DNA of 64,000 nucleotides from Lachnospiraceae bacterium (GTDB taxonomy: Bacteria > Bacillota > Clostridia > Lachnospirales > Lachnospiraceae). Position 1 is the first letter of the stretch. The number at the start of each line of letters is the position of its first letter. The position numbers and the translations under genes were made by a program. Of the stretch, positions 9,813-19,373 are shown one piece after another. The stretch covers positions 26,528-90,527 of the forward strand of contig JAGBBM010000015.1 in the NCBI GenBank assembly GCA_017938485.1, read 5' to 3'. The notes under the pieces were generated by a model that saw nothing but the letters and a program-made list of their open reading frames with translations, ran no database searches and was not told where the DNA came from.

Positions 9813-10379
9813 ATGGCAAAAGAAGTGTGGAGAGCTGGCAATATGTTATATCCAGTGCCGGCGGTTATGGTTACAGTAAGTGATGGTGAGGGAAATGACA
9901 ACATCATTACTATTGCTTGGGCAGGAACTATTAATTCGGATCCCGCAATGGTATCTATATCTGTTAGAAAATCCAGATATTCTCATGAGTTACTTTCAAA
10001 AAATGGTGAATTTGTCATCAACTTAGTTACCAGAGAACTTACATATGCCATGGATTATTGTGGTGTCAAATCTGGCAGAGATATGGACAAATTCAAGGCT
10101 ATGAATTTAACAAAGGGTAAGGCATCTAAGGTAAATGTTCCAATTATTGAGGAAAGTCCTCTTTGTATAGAGTGTAAGGTTAAGCAGGTGCTTGAGCTTG
10201 GAACCCACGATATGTTTATAGCTGAGGTTGTTGCAGTACTTGCAGATGAAAAATATATGGATGAGAATGGTAAATTTAATCTAAATGATGCTGATTTAAT
10301 AGCTTATTCTCATGGCCAGTATTATACTTTGGGTGATAATATTGGGAAGTTTGGATATAGTGTTCAGAAGAAAAAATAA
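9813..10379 (+). CDS. Flavin reductase family (flavoredoxin-like) protein
   Basis: LYPVPAVMVT, GVKSGRDMDKF, IECKV..LGTHDMFIAEV. ATG 9813 follows GGAGG. Confidence 0.88.
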   Translation: MAKEVWRAGNMLYPVPAVMVTVSDGEGNDNIITIAWAGTINSDPAMVSISVRKSRYSHELLSKNGEFVINLVTRELTYAMDYCGVKSGRDMDKFKAMNLTKGKASKVNVPIIEESPLCIECKVKQVLELGTHDMFIAEVVAVLADEKYMDENGKFNLNDADLIAYSHGQYYTLGDNIGKFGYSVQKKK

Positions 10380-10408
10380 TTGACATATGTATTTATAATT
10401 TATAATAT
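10380..10408 (+). promoter_or_regulatory. sigmaA-type promoter upstream of comM
   Basis: TTGACA (10380-10385), followed by TATAAT at 15-nt spacing or TAATAT at 17-nt spacing. Confidence 0.55.
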
Positions 10409-10455
10409 AAATGTATGGTCTGCTCCTTTTGAGGTAGAAAAGGAGTTTTTATATA

Positions 10456-11997
10456 ATGTTTAACAAGGTTTATAGTAGTGCCGTTCTTGGAGTGGACGGC
10501 ACTATAATAAGTGTTGAGTCTGATGTGAACGATGGTTTGCCTATGTTTACTATGGTCGGTTATCTATCCTCATCTGTTAAGGAAGCCGGTGAAAGAGTAA
10601 GGACCGCACTTAAAAATTCTGGGTTTCATATGCCACCTAAGCGCATAACAATCAATTTGTCCCCTGCAAATATGAGAAAAGATGGTTCGGGATTTGATTT
10701 GGCTATTGCCATATCTATTATTATGTCTATGGGAATATTGCCTGTGATAGATATGGAAAAAACTATTATTATAGGTGAGCTAAGTCTTGATGGTACAGTT
10801 AAGGGTGTGAAGGGTGTATTACCTATGGTATACCATGCTTTTAATAATGGATTTACAAGATGCATAGTTTCCGTAGAAAATGCTGAAGAAGCATCACTTG
10901 TAGAAGGCTTGGAGGTTGTAGGCGTAGACTCTCTTGGAGAAAGTATAGACTATATACAGGGAATTGCTGTGTCTAACCCGTATAAGAAGGAAAGTGATAT
11001 AAATAAACAATGTAAAATAAAAAAAGATGTGGATTTTGCTGATATAAAAGGTCAAGACATGTTGAAACGTGGTATGGAGATTGCTGCGGCAGGATTTCAT
11101 AATGTTTTGATGACAGGTGCAGCCGGTGCAGGAAAATCTATGCTTGCAAAACGTTTACCTACAATTATGCCGGAACTTTCTTTTGAGGAAAGAGTAGAAG
11201 TTACAAAAATATACAGTATTTGTGGCTTGTTGGAAGACACAACAGCTTTAATGAAAAATAGACCTTTCAGGTCTCCTCATCACACAATCTCAAATTATGC
11301 TCTCGTTGGTGGCGGTATAAATCCAAAGCCGGGAGAGGTTAGTCTTGCACATAATGGTGTTCTTTTTCTTGATGAGCTTCCCGAATTTAATAAAAATGTA
11401 TTAGAGGTTATGCGACAGCCTTTAGAAGATAGGAAAATAACTATATCCAGAGTGAGCGCATCTTATGTGTTTCCTGCTGATTTTATGTTGGTGGCAGCTA
11501 TGAATCCATGTCCCTGTGGAAACTTTCCAGATATGAAAAAATGTATATGTACCCCTAATCAGATTAGAAGATATCAAGGAAAAATCAGTGGTCCGTTGCT
11601 GGACAGAATTGATATTAATATGGAGGTCAAGCCAATAAAATATAACGAGTTATTTGGAGAAAATAAAGGGGAAAATTCAAAAAGCATAAGAAATAGAGTG
11701 GAAGAAGCAACACTTATACAAAAACGACGTTACAAAGATGAGGGTATATGTTTCAATTCTCAGTTGGAAAGTGGACTTATCAAAAAATATATTAAATTAG
11801 AGCCTACAGTGGAACAGTATTTGGAAGAAACATTTGTGAAAAAGGGGTTAAGTGCAAGAGGGATTTTTAGAATTCTTAAGCTGGCAAGGACTATAGCTGA
11901 TTTAGATGGTAAAGAAGATATACAGTATATACATTTGCAAGAGGCGGTGTTTTATAGAAACAGTGGAAGAATTGCTGGTGAAGAGGGGGAGATATAA
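10456..11997 (+). CDS. comM: YifB/ComM family Mg-chelatase-like AAA+ ATPase
   Basis: INLSPANMRKDGSGFDLAIA, GELSLDG, Walker A GAAGAGKS, RPFRSPHHT, LFLDELPEF, AMNPCPCG. Confidence 0.92.
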   Translation: MFNKVYSSAVLGVDGTIISVESDVNDGLPMFTMVGYLSSSVKEAGERVRTALKNSGFHMPPKRITINLSPANMRKDGSGFDLAIAISIIMSMGILPVIDMEKTIIIGELSLDGTVKGVKGVLPMVYHAFNNGFTRCIVSVENAEEASLVEGLEVVGVDSLGESIDYIQGIAVSNPYKKESDINKQCKIKKDVDFADIKGQDMLKRGMEIAAAGFHNVLMTGAAGAGKSMLAKRLPTIMPELSFEERVEVTKIYSICGLLEDTTALMKNRPFRSPHHTISNYALVGGGINPKPGEVSLAHNGVLFLDELPEFNKNVLEVMRQPLEDRKITISRVSASYVFPADFMLVAAMNPCPCGNFPDMKKCICTPNQIRRYQGKISGPLLDRIDINMEVKPIKYNELFGENKGENSKSIRNRVEEATLIQKRRYKDEGICFNSQLESGLIKKYIKLEPTVEQYLEETFVKKGLSARGIFRILKLARTIADLDGKEDIQYIHLQEAVFYRNSGRIAGEEGEI

Positions 11998-13133
11998 TGA
12001 CAGAAGATATTATGTGGCTTTGGTTTAATAATATAGATGGAATAGGTTTGACTTCTAGGCTAAGAATAATGTCCAAACTAAAAAATATTGATAGAGTACA
12101 TGAGGCTAATAAAGAGCAATTACAAGATATTTTAAAGAATAATCAGATAAATACTTTTATGAATAGTAAAAAAGATATAAACAAATACATTGAATTAAAG
12201 GAAAAACTTATGGAAAGAAATGTATGGTTTGTATATCCGGGACACAAGGATTATCCCATAAAGCTGTATGATATATATGAACCACCGACACTTTTGTACG
12301 TAAAAGGTAATATAAATAATAGCATAAATTCCCAAAATGTGAATATAGCTATAGTAGGTTCAAGAAAACCAAGTGTTTATGGTAGCGAAATGGCTATGAA
12401 ATTCGCCAAGGATTTGGCTGGACATGGAATAAATATTATAAGTGGTTTAGCCTCGGGAATTGACAGCAAAGCACATTGTGGCTCCCTTTTAGCAGGCGGG
12501 TACACCATAGGTATTCTGGGGTGCGGTATAAATTTAACTTATCCCAGGGAAAATGCAGAGTTATATGCCAAAATCAGCAAAAATGGTGCTATCTTGTCTG
12601 AATATGGTCTTGATGTTGGACCGGTACCGGGGTATTTTCCTATGCGAAACAGACTAATCAGTGGTTTGTCAGATGGTGTATTGGTTGTTGAGGCTAAGAA
12701 AAAAAGCGGTTCTCTTATCACAGCTGATTATGCATTGGAACAGGGAAAACAGGTGTATGCAATTCCAGGTAAGCTGCTGGATTCAAATTCCGAGGGGACA
12801 AATAATTTAATTAAGGAAGGGGCGTATTTAGTGACATCATATAAGGATATAATGTTTGATTTGACTAAGCAGGAAGAATACAAGGATTCGGATATATGCA
12901 GTGAACAAAATAGTATTAGGGCTAGTGATGAAAAAAAGAGGGTTAATAAAAATTTTCTTGCACCTATAGAAAAAATGGTGTATAGTTGTCTGAGCTTAGA
13001 GCCTACATATATTGATGATATTATTCAGACGATAGGCATAGGTGTAACAAAAACCATAAGTGTACTATATACTATGGAAGAAAAAGGATTTATAAAACAA
13101 CCTGTTAAAGGATACTATATTATATCGATATAA
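11997..13133 (+). CDS. dprA: DNA-processing protein DprA
   Basis: AIVGSR, IISGLASGID, FPMRNRLISGLS, VVEAKKKSGSLITA; C-terminal winged helix. Confidence 0.95.
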   Translation: MTEDIMWLWFNNIDGIGLTSRLRIMSKLKNIDRVHEANKEQLQDILKNNQINTFMNSKKDINKYIELKEKLMERNVWFVYPGHKDYPIKLYDIYEPPTLLYVKGNINNSINSQNVNIAIVGSRKPSVYGSEMAMKFAKDLAGHGINIISGLASGIDSKAHCGSLLAGGYTIGILGCGINLTYPRENAELYAKISKNGAILSEYGLDVGPVPGYFPMRNRLISGLSDGVLVVEAKKKSGSLITADYALEQGKQVYAIPGKLLDSNSEGTNNLIKEGAYLVTSYKDIMFDLTKQEEYKDSDICSEQNSIRASDEKKRVNKNFLAPIEKMVYSCLSLEPTYIDDIIQTIGIGVTKTISVLYTMEEKGFIKQPVKGYYIISI

Positions 13134-13178
13134 ATTATTGGTGAGAAATCGTTTAGTGTAAAAGGAGTATTTTGGATT

Positions 13179-15218
13179 ATGGCTAAGAATCTTGTGATTG
13201 TTGAGTCTCCAGCAAAGGCTAAGACAATAAAAAAATTTTTAGGAGCAAATTATGATGTGATTGCATCAAATGGACATGTTAGAGATTTGCCTAAAAGTTC
13301 AATGGGTATAGATATAGCTAATGATTATGAGCCGAAGTACATTACTATACGAGGAAAGGGAGATTTGCTCGCTGATTTGAGAAAGGCGGTAAAAAAAGCA
13401 GATAAAATATATCTTGCTACCGACCCTGATCGCGAGGGAGAGGCTATTTCCTATCATCTTTCAGTAGCACTTAAGCTTGAAAATAAAAAATACAAGAGAA
13501 TTACATTTAATGAAATCACCAAAAATGCTGTTAAAAATTCAATAAAGGAAGCAAGAGAGATAGATATGAACCTTGTTGATGCGCAACAAGCAAGACGTGT
13601 ATTGGATCGTATGGTTGGATATTCTATATCTCCACTCTTATGGGAAAAGATAAAGAGAGGTTTAAGTGCTGGTAGAGTTCAGTCAGTGGCGCTTAAGCTT
13701 ATTTGTGATAGAGAAGAGGAGATAAACTCTTTTATTCCAGAAGAATATTGGAGTTTTGATGTTATGCTGTCTAAAAACAGTAGTTTAAAGCCAGTTTCTT
13801 TCCACTATTCAAAGGACAAGCTTAAAAAGTCAGAGGTTAATGAGATAGAAAAAGGTATAAAAGGTAAGGGATTTAAGGTTGACTCTATAAAAACATCAGA
13901 GAAAACAAAAAAATCACCAGTTCCATTTACCACAAGTACACTTCAGCAGGAAGCAGGAAAAAAGCTTAACTTTGCAACAAGCAAGACTATGAGAATTGCT
14001 CAACAATTGTACGAAGGTGTAGATATAAAGGGTAAAGGTGAATTAGGACTTATTACTTATCTTAGAACAGATTCTATTAGAGTTTCTGAAGAGGCAGATA
14101 AAAAGGCTAAAGAATTTGTGGAAGAGCATTTTGGAAAAGATTATGTGAGTGAGGATGCAATTTCTTCTAACGGCAAAAAAATACAGGATGCCCATGAGGC
14201 TATACGTCCAACCAATATAGAACTTACTCCGGCTATGCTTAAAGATAAGATATCTAGAGAGCAATTCAAATTATATCAGCTTATTTATAATAGATTTCTT
14301 GCTAGTAGAATGAAACCTGCTAAGTATGAAACAACTACAATAACAGTTGATTGTGATGGCTATAAGTTTAAGTCCTCTACATCTAAGGTTGCTTTTGAAG
14401 GATTTTTATCAGTATATACACTAGATGAAGAAAAAGAAGAAAATAATAGACTGAGTGGAATTGATGAGGATAGCAAGCTTGAGTTTGTTGAGAGCATGCC
14501 AAAGCAACATTTCACACAGCCACCAGCCCATTATACTGAATCTTTATTGGTAAAAACTATGGAGGAGCTTGGCATAGGTAGACCATCTACTTATGCACCT
14601 ACTATTACTACAATTATAAATAGAAGATATGTAGTTAAGGAAAACAAGAACTTATATGTTACAGAGCTTGGAGAAGCTGTAAACCAGGTTATGAATAAGG
14701 CCTTTTCGGCTATTGTTGACACAAGCTTTACAGCCAATATTGAGTCCCTTCTTGATATGATTGAGGAAGGGGAAATTGAGTGGAAGGTTGTTATAAGAAA
14801 TTTCTACCCAGATTTGTCAGATGCTATTGATAACGCTCATGAAGAGTTGGAAGACATCAATATTGAGGATGAAAAATCAGATGTTGTTTGTGAACTTTGC
14901 GGGGAAACTATGGTTATAAAATATGGTCCTCACGGAAAGTTTTTGGCTTGTCCGGGATTCCCTTCATGCAAAAACACAAAGCCTCACTATGAAAAAATTG
15001 GAGTGGCATGTCCTTCTTGTGGTGGTGAAATTATCTTAAGAAAAACAAAAAAAGGTAGAAAATACTATGGATGTATAAATTCCCCAGAATGTGATTTTAT
15101 GTCTTGGGCAAAACCATCAGAAGAAAAATGTCCAGAATGTGGTTCGTTTATGGTAGAAAAAGGCAAGAAATTATTATGTTCTAAAGAGGGCTGTGGATAC
15201 ACCTGTAATACAAGATAA
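13179..15218 (+). CDS. topA: DNA topoisomerase I
   Basis: LVIVESPAKAKTI, ATDPDREGEAI, SAGRVQS, ITYLRTDS, C-terminal Zn ribbons. Confidence 0.97.
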   Translation: MAKNLVIVESPAKAKTIKKFLGANYDVIASNGHVRDLPKSSMGIDIANDYEPKYITIRGKGDLLADLRKAVKKADKIYLATDPDREGEAISYHLSVALKLENKKYKRITFNEITKNAVKNSIKEAREIDMNLVDAQQARRVLDRMVGYSISPLLWEKIKRGLSAGRVQSVALKLICDREEEINSFIPEEYWSFDVMLSKNSSLKPVSFHYSKDKLKKSEVNEIEKGIKGKGFKVDSIKTSEKTKKSPVPFTTSTLQQEAGKKLNFATSKTMRIAQQLYEGVDIKGKGELGLITYLRTDSIRVSEEADKKAKEFVEEHFGKDYVSEDAISSNGKKIQDAHEAIRPTNIELTPAMLKDKISREQFKLYQLIYNRFLASRMKPAKYETTTITVDCDGYKFKSSTSKVAFEGFLSVYTLDEEKEENNRLSGIDEDSKLEFVESMPKQHFTQPPAHYTESLLVKTMEELGIGRPSTYAPTITTIINRRYVVKENKNLYVTELGEAVNQVMNKAFSAIVDTSFTANIESLLDMIEEGEIEWKVVIRNFYPDLSDAIDNAHEELEDINIEDEKSDVVCELCGETMVIKYGPHGKFLACPGFPSCKNTKPHYEKIGVACPSCGGEIILRKTKKGRKYYGCINSPECDFMSWAKPSEEKCPECGSFMVEKGKKLLCSKEGCGYTCNTR

Positions 15219-15268
15219 AGTTGTTGATGATAAAAAATATATATATTTAGTGTTTTATACATTTTATA

Positions 15269-15297
15269 TTGCTGAATATAAAAAAATGTGGTACTAT
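15269..15297 (+). promoter_or_regulatory. Putative sigmaA promoter of the flgB operon
   Basis: TTGCTG-N17-TACTAT with a TG extended -10. Confidence 0.5.
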
Positions 15298-15510
15298 AAT
15301 TATCGTACAAAAAGTTGCAGCTTTGTGACGGCTTGTACGATAATTTTTTATACATATTATGTTTTTTTATGTTTTTGTCGATTATAGTTATGTAGTAAGA
15401 TATTTTAATATATACCTGAAAAAGGAGTTTCGGGGGAATATAAGCTTAAAACAAAGGGATTTGTGCAAAAACACAAGTCCTTTTCGAGTGTTTAAAAGGG
15501 GGAAGAATCA

Positions 15511-15906
15511 TTGATTTCATCAAATATTTACAATTACATCAATATTCTTGATAGAGCGGCAGATGCGTCTAATCTTAGAAATGAGCTTATCAGTAACAAC
15601 ATAGCAAATGTTGATACTCCGAACTACAAGAGAAAAGATCTTAATTTTGAAGCTTTATTGAAGGCAGAGATTGCAGGTGATGATCTTAATAAAGCTGTTA
15701 CAGATTTAAATAAAGACTTATCTATATTAGAACCTCGTATATTTACAGATAATGCTTCCCTTTCTTATAGATTGGATGGCAATAATGTAGATATTGCAAC
15801 TGAGGAGGCATATCTTGCTGAGAATCAGATTAAGTATCAGGCCTTGGTAGACCTTATGAATCAGGAGTTTGCAAGATACAAGACTGTTCTTAGTCAGACA
15901 TCATAG
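15511..15906 (+). CDS. flgB: Flagellar basal body rod protein FlgB
   Basis: SNNIANVDTPNYKRKDL, RLDGNNVDI; TTG start. Confidence 0.95.
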   Translation: MISSNIYNYINILDRAADASNLRNELISNNIANVDTPNYKRKDLNFEALLKAEIAGDDLNKAVTDLNKDLSILEPRIFTDNASLSYRLDGNNVDIATEEAYLAENQIKYQALVDLMNQEFARYKTVLSQTS

Positions 15907-15949
15907 TAGCCTTTGGATTTGTTTTTTGATTGATATAGGAGGAATAAAT

Positions 15950-16387
15950 ATGGGAGTTTTTTCCGCTATGAATGTAGCTGCAACAGGTATGACTGCGCAG
16001 CAACTTAGAATGGATGTTATAGCTGAGAATATAGCTAATGCAAGTACAACAAGAACAGAAAATGGAGAAGCCTACAGAAGAAAGATGCTTGTTTTTTCTG
16101 AGAAAAACACCACATCTTTTGATCATGTTTTACACGGATATCTCAACCAGTATCAACCTAACGGTGTTAGAGTTAGTGGAATAGTAGAGGATCAGTCTGA
16201 TTTAAGACTTGTGTATGAACCTGATAATCCTGATGCAAATGAGGATGGATATGTAGAATATCCAAATGTTGACACAGTAACAGAGATGACAAACCTTATA
16301 GATTCAAGTAGAGCTTATGAGGCATCAGTTACTTCCTTTAACGCAGCAAAAAGTATGGCCATGAAAGGCTTAGAATTATTTCAATAG
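15950..16387 (+). CDS. flgC: Flagellar basal body rod protein FlgC
   Basis: RMDVIAENIANASTT, YEPDNPDA..GYVEYPNVD..EM. Start corrected to ATG 15950 after AGGAGG. Confidence 0.95.
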   Translation: MGVFSAMNVAATGMTAQQLRMDVIAENIANASTTRTENGEAYRRKMLVFSEKNTTSFDHVLHGYLNQYQPNGVRVSGIVEDQSDLRLVYEPDNPDANEDGYVEYPNVDTVTEMTNLIDSSRAYEASVTSFNAAKSMAMKGLELFQ

Positions 16388-16403
16388 TTAGGAGCGATAA
16401 GAT

Positions 16404-16718
16404 ATGGCATCAATTTTACCGGTATCATTACTTAGCGAGGACAGCTTGTACATAAATAAAGTAGGTAAAGAGCAAAAGACAGAAGGCACAGCAGCCTTTG
16501 ATAATATTTTAAATGCGGCAGTAGATATGTATAAGGAAGCTGATTCTCTTCAAAAGGCAGCCGAGGAAGCCGAGATTAGTTTCGCTCTTGGATACACTGA
16601 TAGTATTCATGACTTGGCATTAGCACAACAAAAAGCAAACATTTCCCTTCAATACACAGTGAAGGTTACAAATGCAGTTGTATCTGCATACAAAGAACTT
16701 ATGACAATGCAGTTATAA
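16404..16718 (+). CDS. fliE: Flagellar hook-basal body protein FliE
   Basis: QKANISLQYTVKVTNAVVSAYKELMTMQL; position after flgC. Confidence 0.92.
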   Translation: MASILPVSLLSEDSLYINKVGKEQKTEGTAAFDNILNAAVDMYKEADSLQKAAEEAEISFALGYTDSIHDLALAQQKANISLQYTVKVTNAVVSAYKELMTMQL

Positions 16719-16742
16719 TTATTGCATTAATCGGAGGCACTT

Positions 16743-18344
16743 ATGAGTGAGAAACTTAAGCAGTTAGTTGCTAAGATTGTAGAATTTTGGAATAAGTATA
16801 CAACTAAACAAAAGACATTGATTATATCCATTGTAGCAGCGGTTATTGTAACATTAGTTGCTCTGTTTTTTGTGCTTAACAGAGTTACCTATGTAACACT
16901 TACAACATTTGACAATACCGCAGCAGCTGCGGAAGCAGATGCACTTCTTACTGAGAATGGTATTACTCACAGGGTTTCTGATGATGCACTTACTATTGAG
17001 GTTGCAGAGGAACAGATATCTGATGCCAGACTTCTTCTTGGACAAAATGGTATAAGCACAACTGTCAACAATACAGATTACGATTGGTTGTTTGATAATA
17101 GCTTTAACACAACAGATTCTGAGAAAAAACTTAAAGCAAAAATTAATCTCCAATCAGAGATGGAACAGACACTTTCTTCCATAGAGGGTGTTACAAAGGC
17201 ATCTGTAACTATAGATATGCCAGATAGCAGTAGCTCCATATATTCAAATGAAGAACAGCCATCTGTCAGTATAATGCTTACAACCAATGCTAATTTTAAT
17301 AAAGAGAACATAGAAGGAATTGTTCAGTATGCAAGAACTTCTGTTGGAGCTGATTCTACTGATGATATTACAGTTATAGATAATCAGGGTAATCTTCTTC
17401 ATTCAGAGCTTAGTAGTTCTACTAATACATCGGTTAATGCTATAAATATTAAACAGCAGACAGAAGAGTACTATAACAGCAAACTCTGGAATCTCATGGT
17501 TAATTCCGGAGCATATGATGAGGTTTCGGTTTCATCTAATCTTGCTGTTAGTATTTCAGATAAAACAGTTCAGGATATTAAGTATTACACAAATACAGAT
17601 GACGATACCGGACCTAAAGAAACTTACTATTATTATCTTGCAGAAAATGTGGATGGTACAGGTGGAGTTGTTGGAACTGATGCCAATGGCGAAGAGATTA
17701 CAGACTATGATTTGCTAGATGATGCTTTAGCTGAGGCTATGGTTAATCTGGTAAAGGAAGAATATGCAACCAGCTCAACTACTACAACTACAACAAGTCC
17801 TGTAGGTGAGATAAATCTTGCTGAGTCTAGTATGTCAGTATATCTTACTAAATATCAGATTTACGATGAGGCAACCTTAAAGGCTGATGGAACTTTAGAT
17901 GATATGACATTTAAGGAATTTAAGGCTGCAAATTCTGAAGTACAAGAGATTATTAATTCTGAAGCACAGGTGAGTATGCTTGCCAATGCTACGGGAATTA
18001 AGGAATCAAAGATTTATGTTGTTGAGCGTATAGTTCCAGTTTTCTATGATGAAGTTAAGGAAAAGGTTTCTACACAGAGTATTATCTCTATTGCTTTGGC
18101 AGTATTGATAGGTTTACTTCTCTTATTTGTTGTATTTAAGAGCATGAAGCCTGATGAAGTGGTTGAGACTGAACCAGAATTATCAGTTGAGGCACTTCTT
18201 GCTACCACAAAAGAAAATCAGTCTCTTGAAGATATTGAATTTAGTGATAATTCAGCATCTAAGGAGCTTATCGAGAAATTTGTTGATGAAAAGCCAGAAG
18301 CAGTTGCTGCATTGCTTAGAAACTGGCTTAATGAATGGGAGTAA
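16743..18344 (+). CDS. fliF: Flagellar M-ring protein FliF
   Basis: Two TMs flanking a large extracytoplasmic domain; C-terminal PEAVAALLRNWLNE. Confidence 0.92.
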   Translation: MSEKLKQLVAKIVEFWNKYTTKQKTLIISIVAAVIVTLVALFFVLNRVTYVTLTTFDNTAAAAEADALLTENGITHRVSDDALTIEVAEEQISDARLLLGQNGISTTVNNTDYDWLFDNSFNTTDSEKKLKAKINLQSEMEQTLSSIEGVTKASVTIDMPDSSSSIYSNEEQPSVSIMLTTNANFNKENIEGIVQYARTSVGADSTDDITVIDNQGNLLHSELSSSTNTSVNAINIKQQTEEYYNSKLWNLMVNSGAYDEVSVSSNLAVSISDKTVQDIKYYTNTDDDTGPKETYYYYLAENVDGTGGVVGTDANGEEITDYDLLDDALAEAMVNLVKEEYATSSTTTTTTSPVGEINLAESSMSVYLTKYQIYDEATLKADGTLDDMTFKEFKAANSEVQEIINSEAQVSMLANATGIKESKIYVVERIVPVFYDEVKEKVSTQSIISIALAVLIGLLLLFVVFKSMKPDEVVETEPELSVEALLATTKENQSLEDIEFSDNSASKELIEKFVDEKPEAVAALLRNWLNEWE

Positions 18345-18350
18345 TGTAAT

Positions 18351-19373
18351 ATGTCATATGGTTATTCTATGTCAGGAGAAATATCGGGAGTACAAAAGGC
18401 GGCAGTTCTTCTTATCGCATTAGGACCTGAGCGTTCATCTCAGGTGTTTAAACACTTGAATGAAGATGAGATAGAGCAGTTAACCCTTGAGATTGCCAAT
18501 ACAAAAAGTGTTTCACCGGATATAAGAGATGCTGTTTTAGATGAATTTTATGAGATATGTCTTGCTCAGCAATATATTGCTGAGGGTGGTATTGCCTATG
18601 CTAAGGAGCTTCTTGATAAGGCCCTTGGTGAGGACAAGGCTAAGGATGTAATTGGAAGACTTACTGCTTCATTGCAGGTACGTCCATTTGAGTTTGTGCG
18701 TAAGGCAGATGCTGCACAGTTGCTTAACTTTATTCAGGATGAGCATCCACAGACTATCGCACTTATTTTGTCTTATTTGCCACCATCTCAAGCCGCAGCA
18801 GTTGTAGGTGCTCTTGCACCTGAAAAACAGGCAGATGTAGCAAAGAGAATAGCTGTTATGGATAGAACAAGCCCTGACGTTATAAAGGAAGTTGAAAAGG
18901 TATTGGAGAAGAAACTTGCTTCTCTTGTTAATCAGGATTACACAATTGTTGGTGGCGTTGATGCTATTGTTAACATTCTTAATACTGTTGATAGAAGTAC
19001 TGAAAAGCATATTATGGAGACTTTGGAAATCGAAGAGCCAGAACTTGCAGACGAAATCAGAAGAAAGATGTTTGTATTCGAGGATATTCTTGTGCTTGAT
19101 AACAGATCAATTCAGACAGTTCTTCGTGAGGTTGATAACAATGAACTTGCAATCGCTCTTAAGAATGCAAACGAAGAAGTACAAAATGCTATCTTTAGTA
19201 ACCTTTCATCTCGTCTTGCAACTATGATTAGAGAAGATATGGAATTCATGGGACCTGTACGTCTTAAGGATGTTGAGGATGCACAGCAGAAGATTGTTAA
19301 TATTATTAGAAAACTTGAGGATTCAGGCGAGATTGTCATTTCTCGTGGTGGAGGTGACGAAATAGTTGTCTAA
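18351..19373 (+). CDS. fliG: Flagellar motor switch protein FliG
   Basis: QKAAVLLIALG, EHPQTIALILSYL, MFVFEDI, GPVRLKDVEDAQ. Confidence 0.97.
   Translation: MSYGYSMSGEISGVQKAAVLLIALGPERSSQVFKHLNEDEIEQLTLEIANTKSVSPDIRDAVLDEFYEICLAQQYIAEGGIAYAKELLDKALGEDKAKDVIGRLTASLQVRPFEFVRKADAAQLLNFIQDEHPQTIALILSYLPPSQAAAVVGALAPEKQADVAKRIAVMDRTSPDVIKEVEKVLEKKLASLVNQDYTIVGGVDAIVNILNTVDRSTEKHIMETLEIEEPELADEIRRKMFVFEDILVLDNRSIQTVLREVDNNELAIALKNANEEVQNAIFSNLSSRLATMIREDMEFMGPVRLKDVEDAQQKIVNIIRKLEDSGEIVISRGGGDEIVV

Noticed and set aside
15357-15384. sigma28-like -10 GTCGATTA upstream of flgB
   Set aside because: No convincing TAAA-like -35 at 15-16 nt; too weak to call.
15065-15387. Short ORFs 15193..15387 (+) and 15065..15355 (-)
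   Set aside because: They overlap the topA end and the promoter region, have no RBS, and show AT-biased composition.
15461-15476. Rex operator-like palindrome TTGTG-N6-CACAA (and the similar TTGTGACAAAAAC at 2373)
   Set aside because: Rex sites are TTGTG-N8-CACAA. The spacing does not fit, and the site is better explained as part of an RNA hairpin.
15300-15510. c-di-GMP-I or -II riboswitch upstream of flgB
   Set aside because: The characteristic elements (GGCAAAC..GAAA..GACGCAAA for class I; GGCAC..GUGCAACC for class II) are not visible. An Infernal scan would settle it.
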